Below, piece after piece: positions 61,250-64,000 of a stretch of DNA of 64,000 nt. The position numbers and the translations under genes were made by a program. Below the pieces are notes generated by a model. That model did not search any database. It was not told where the DNA came from and saw nothing but the letters and a program-made list of their open reading frames with translations. This DNA is from Azolla caroliniana (lineage: Eukaryota > Plantae > Polypodiophyta), in contig JBHGNT010000014.1 of NCBI GenBank assembly GCA_043228905.1, forward strand, positions 3,472,001 to 3,536,000, given 5' to 3'. Position 1 is the stretch's first letter. Every line of letters begins with the position of its first letter.

Positions 61250-61368
61250 GTGGTGCGGTCATACCAGCGTTAATACACCGGATCGCATCAGAACTCCGCA
61301 GTTAAGGGCGCTTGGGCCATAACAGTACTGGGATGGGTGACATCCCGGGAAGTCCTGGTGCTGCACCC
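61250..61368 (+). pseudogene. Degenerate 5S copy (unit 105)
   Basis: Five substitutions plus a 9-bp deletion removing the upstream TATA-like motif. Confidence 0.82.
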
Positions 61369-61642
61369 TTTTTGCTTCGAGTCGTGTTCTTTTCGTGCAC
61401 AGTACTGGGATGGGTGACCTCCCGGGAAGTCCTGGGCACGGGTTGCGTTCTTTTCCCGCCGGAACCGTTCCCGTGCGCGTGGGCCTCTTGGCATTCGTAG
61501 AGGCGGACTAGAGCATAGGATGGGTGACGCGTAATGAGGGGCATTGTCATTCTGTGTGGGTTGAGAGTGTCATCCGTATCAACGAGAGGGCGTAAGAGGC
61601 TTTATGGGGTGGGCATGAGTGGCGAGGTTCGAATCCGGGCAG

Positions 61643-61684
<42 letters not shown>

Positions 61685-61847
61685 GTCTTTCTCTAGGATC
61701 CAAAGCCTTAGCCTTAGCCTTCGCCGGCGCCCGTCGCGCGTGCGGTTGGGACGGTGACGTGGTGGGTCCCTCGATCTTAGTTGTCCTCGTAGAGCATTTT
61801 TGTGTAGGTTGGCATAGCATTAGTACCTCGGAACGCAGGGCACTGTC

Positions 61848-61966
61848 GTGGTCCGGTCATACCAGCGTTAATACACCGGATCCCATCAGAACTCCGTAGT
61901 TAAGCGCGCTTGGGCCAGAACAGTACTGGGATGGGTGACCTCCCGTGAAGTCCTGGTGCTGCACCC
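61848..61966 (+). pseudogene. Degenerate 5S copy (unit 106)
   Basis: GTCCGG, GCGTTA, CCGTAG, CCGTGAAG. Confidence 0.68.
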
Positions 61967-62429
61967 TTTTTGCTTCGAGTCGTGTTCTTTTCGTGCACAG
62001 TACTGGGATGGGTGACCTCCCGGGAAGTCCTGGGCACGGGTTGCGTTCTTTTCCCGCCGGAGCCGTTCCCGTGCGCGTGGGCCTCTTGGCATTCGTAGAG
62101 GCGGACGAGAGCATAGGATGGGTGACGCGTAATGAGGGGCATTGTCATTCGGTGTGGGTTGAGAGTGTCATCCGTATCAACGAGAGGGCGTAAGAGGCTT
62201 TATGGGGTGGGCATGAGTGGCGAGGTTCGAATCCGGGCAGGGGATATATATATATATATACAGGTAGTCTTTCTCTAGGATCCAAAGCCTTAGCCTTAGC
62301 CTTCGCCGGCGCCCGTCGCGCGTGCGGTTGGGACGGTGACGTGGTGGGTCCCTCGATCTTAGTTGTCCTCGTAGAGCATTTTTGTGTAGGTTGGCATAGC
62401 ATTAGTACCTCGGAACGCAGGGCACTGTC

Positions 62430-62548
62430 GTGGTGCGGTCATACCAGCGCTAATACACCGGATCCCATCAGAACTCCGCAGTTCAGCGCGCTTGGGCTGG
62501 AACAGTACTGGGATGGGTGACCTCCCGGGAAGTCCTGGTGCTGCACCC
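62430..62548 (+). pseudogene. Degenerate 5S copy (unit 107)
   Basis: GTTCAG in Box A and GGGCTGG in helix V. Confidence 0.62.
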
Positions 62549-63012
62549 TTTTTGCTTCGAGTCGTGTTCTTTTCGTGCAAAGTACTGGGATGGGTGACCT
62601 CCCGGGAAGTCCTGGGCACGGGTTGCGTTCTTTTCCCGCCGGAGACCGTTCCCGTGCGCGTGGGCCTCTTGGCATTCGTAGAGGCGGACGAGAGCATAGG
62701 ATGGGTGACGCGTAATGAGGGGCATTGTCATTCGGTGTGGGTTGAGAGTGTCATCCGTATCAACGAGAGGGCGTAAGAGGCTTTATGGGGTGGGCATGAG
62801 TGGCGAGGTTCGAATCCGGGCAGGGGATATATATATATATATACAGGTAGTCTTTCTCTAGGATCCAAAGCCTTAGCCTTAGCCTTCGCCGGCGCCCGTC
62901 GCGCGTGCGGTTGGGACGGTGACGTGGTGGGTCCCTCGATCTTAGTTGTCCTCGTAGAGAATATTTGTGTAGGTTGGCATAGAATTAGTACCTTGGAACG
63001 CAGGGCACTGTC

Positions 63013-63131
63013 ATGGTGGGGTCATACCAGCGCTAATACACCGGATCACATCAGAACTCCGCAGTTAAGGGCGCTTGGGCCATAACAGTACTGGGATGGG
63101 TGACCTCCCGGGAAGTCCTGGTGCTGCACCC
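63013..63131 (+). pseudogene. Degenerate 5S copy (unit 108)
   Basis: Shares G+1A, C+7G, GGATCACA, AAGGG and CCATAAC with unit 103. Confidence 0.78.
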
Positions 63132-63405
63132 TTTTTGCTTCGAGTCGTGTTCTTTTCGTGCACAGTACTGGGATGGGTGACCTCCCGGGAAGTCCTGGGC
63201 ACGGGTTGCGTTCTTTTCCCGCCGGAGCCGTTCCCGTGCGCGTGGGCCTCTTGGCATTCGTAGAGGCGGACTAGAGCATAGGATGGGTGACGCGTAATGA
63301 GGGGCATTGTCATTCGGTGTGGGTTGAGTGTGTCATCCGTATCAACGAGAGGGCGTAAGAGGCTTTATGGGGTGGGCATGAGTGGCGAGGTTCGAATCCG
63401 GGCAG

Positions 63406-63445
<40 letters not shown>

Positions 63446-63608
63446 GTCTTTCTCTAGGATCCAAAGCCTTAGCCTTAGCCTTCGCCGGCGCCCGTCGCGC
63501 GTGCGGTTGGGACGGTGACGTGGTGGGTCCCTCGATCTTAGTTGTCCTCGTAGAGCATTTTTGTGTAGGTTGGCATAGCATTAGTACCTCGGAACGCAGG
63601 GCACTGTC

Positions 63609-63731
63609 GTGGTGCGGTCATACCAGCGCTAATACACCGGATCCCATCAGAACTCCGCAGTTAAGCGCGCTTGGGCCAGAACAGTACTGGGATGGGTGAC
63701 CTCCTGGGAAGTCCTAGTAAATGCTGCTCCA
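63609..63731 (+). pseudogene. Degenerate 5S copy (unit 109)
   Basis: 3' end GTCCTAGTAAATGCTGCTCCA: 4-bp insertion plus substitutions that break helices I and V. Confidence 0.8.
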
Positions 63732-64000
63732 TTTTTGCTTCGAGTCGTGTTCTTTTCGTGCACAGTACTGGGATGGGTGACCTCCCGGGAAGTCGTGGGC
63801 ATGGGTTGCGTTCTTTTCCCGCCGGAGCCGTTCCCGTGCGCGTGGGCCTCTTGGCATTCGTAGAGGCGGACGAGAGCATAGGATGGGTGAAGCGTAATGA
63901 GGGGCATTGTCATTCGGTGTGGGTTGAGAGTGTCATCCGTATCAACGAGAGGGCGTAAGAGGCTTTATGGGGTGGGCATGAGTGGCGAGGTTCGAATCCG

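Larger units (their letters stand above)
1..64000 (+). repeat. 5S rDNA tandem array, 109 units, ~590-bp period
   Basis: Sequence at 1-590 recurs at 591 onward and throughout; the ORF track repeats with the same 576-598 bp period; both window ends fall inside units. Confidence 0.99.

Noticed and set aside
52-63958. Hundreds of 60-140 aa ORFs
   Set aside because: They overlap the 5S gene in all frames, recur with the repeat, shift frame with (AT)n length and contain no recognisable domain.
1-64000. CRISPR-like array
   Set aside because: The spacers are near-identical rather than unique, the period is about 590 bp, and there are no cas genes.

Overview
The whole 64-kb window is one head-to-tail tandem array of eukaryotic (land-plant-type) 5S rDNA on the + strand. 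It holds 109 gene starts with a unit of about 576-598 bp (mode 590 bp: 119-nt 5S gene plus about 470-bp spacer). There are no protein-coding genes; the ORF track is only the repeat read in six frames. No 18S/5.8S/26S sequence is present, so this is a separate (S-type) array. The gene looks like a non-seed vascular plant 5S (from memory closest to horsetail/fern sequences; unverified). The spacer is the most unusual part. Almost every unit carries (i) a 37-bp copy of the gene's Box C / loop E / helix IV segment set in an inverted repeat, (ii) a third GGATGGGTGAC Box C core, (iii) a decayed tRNA-like tract with a perfect B-box (GGTTCGAATCC) running into (iv) an (AT)n microsatellite. Interruptions to the array: a 332-bp foreign A-rich fragment replacing 296 bp of unit 29 (16512-16843), two internally deleted genes, a 160-bp tandem duplication, a small higher-order repeat at about 50.6-57 kb, a probable low-quality consensus zone at about 40-46 kb, and a distinct, degenerating subfamily from about 58.9 kb to the end. 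I see no firm evidence of a new biological system. The best candidate is the composite Pol III element architecture of the spacer, and its function is inference only. Gene positions written +n count from the G of GTGGTGCGG as +1; 'unit pos' refers to coordinates in the first unit.
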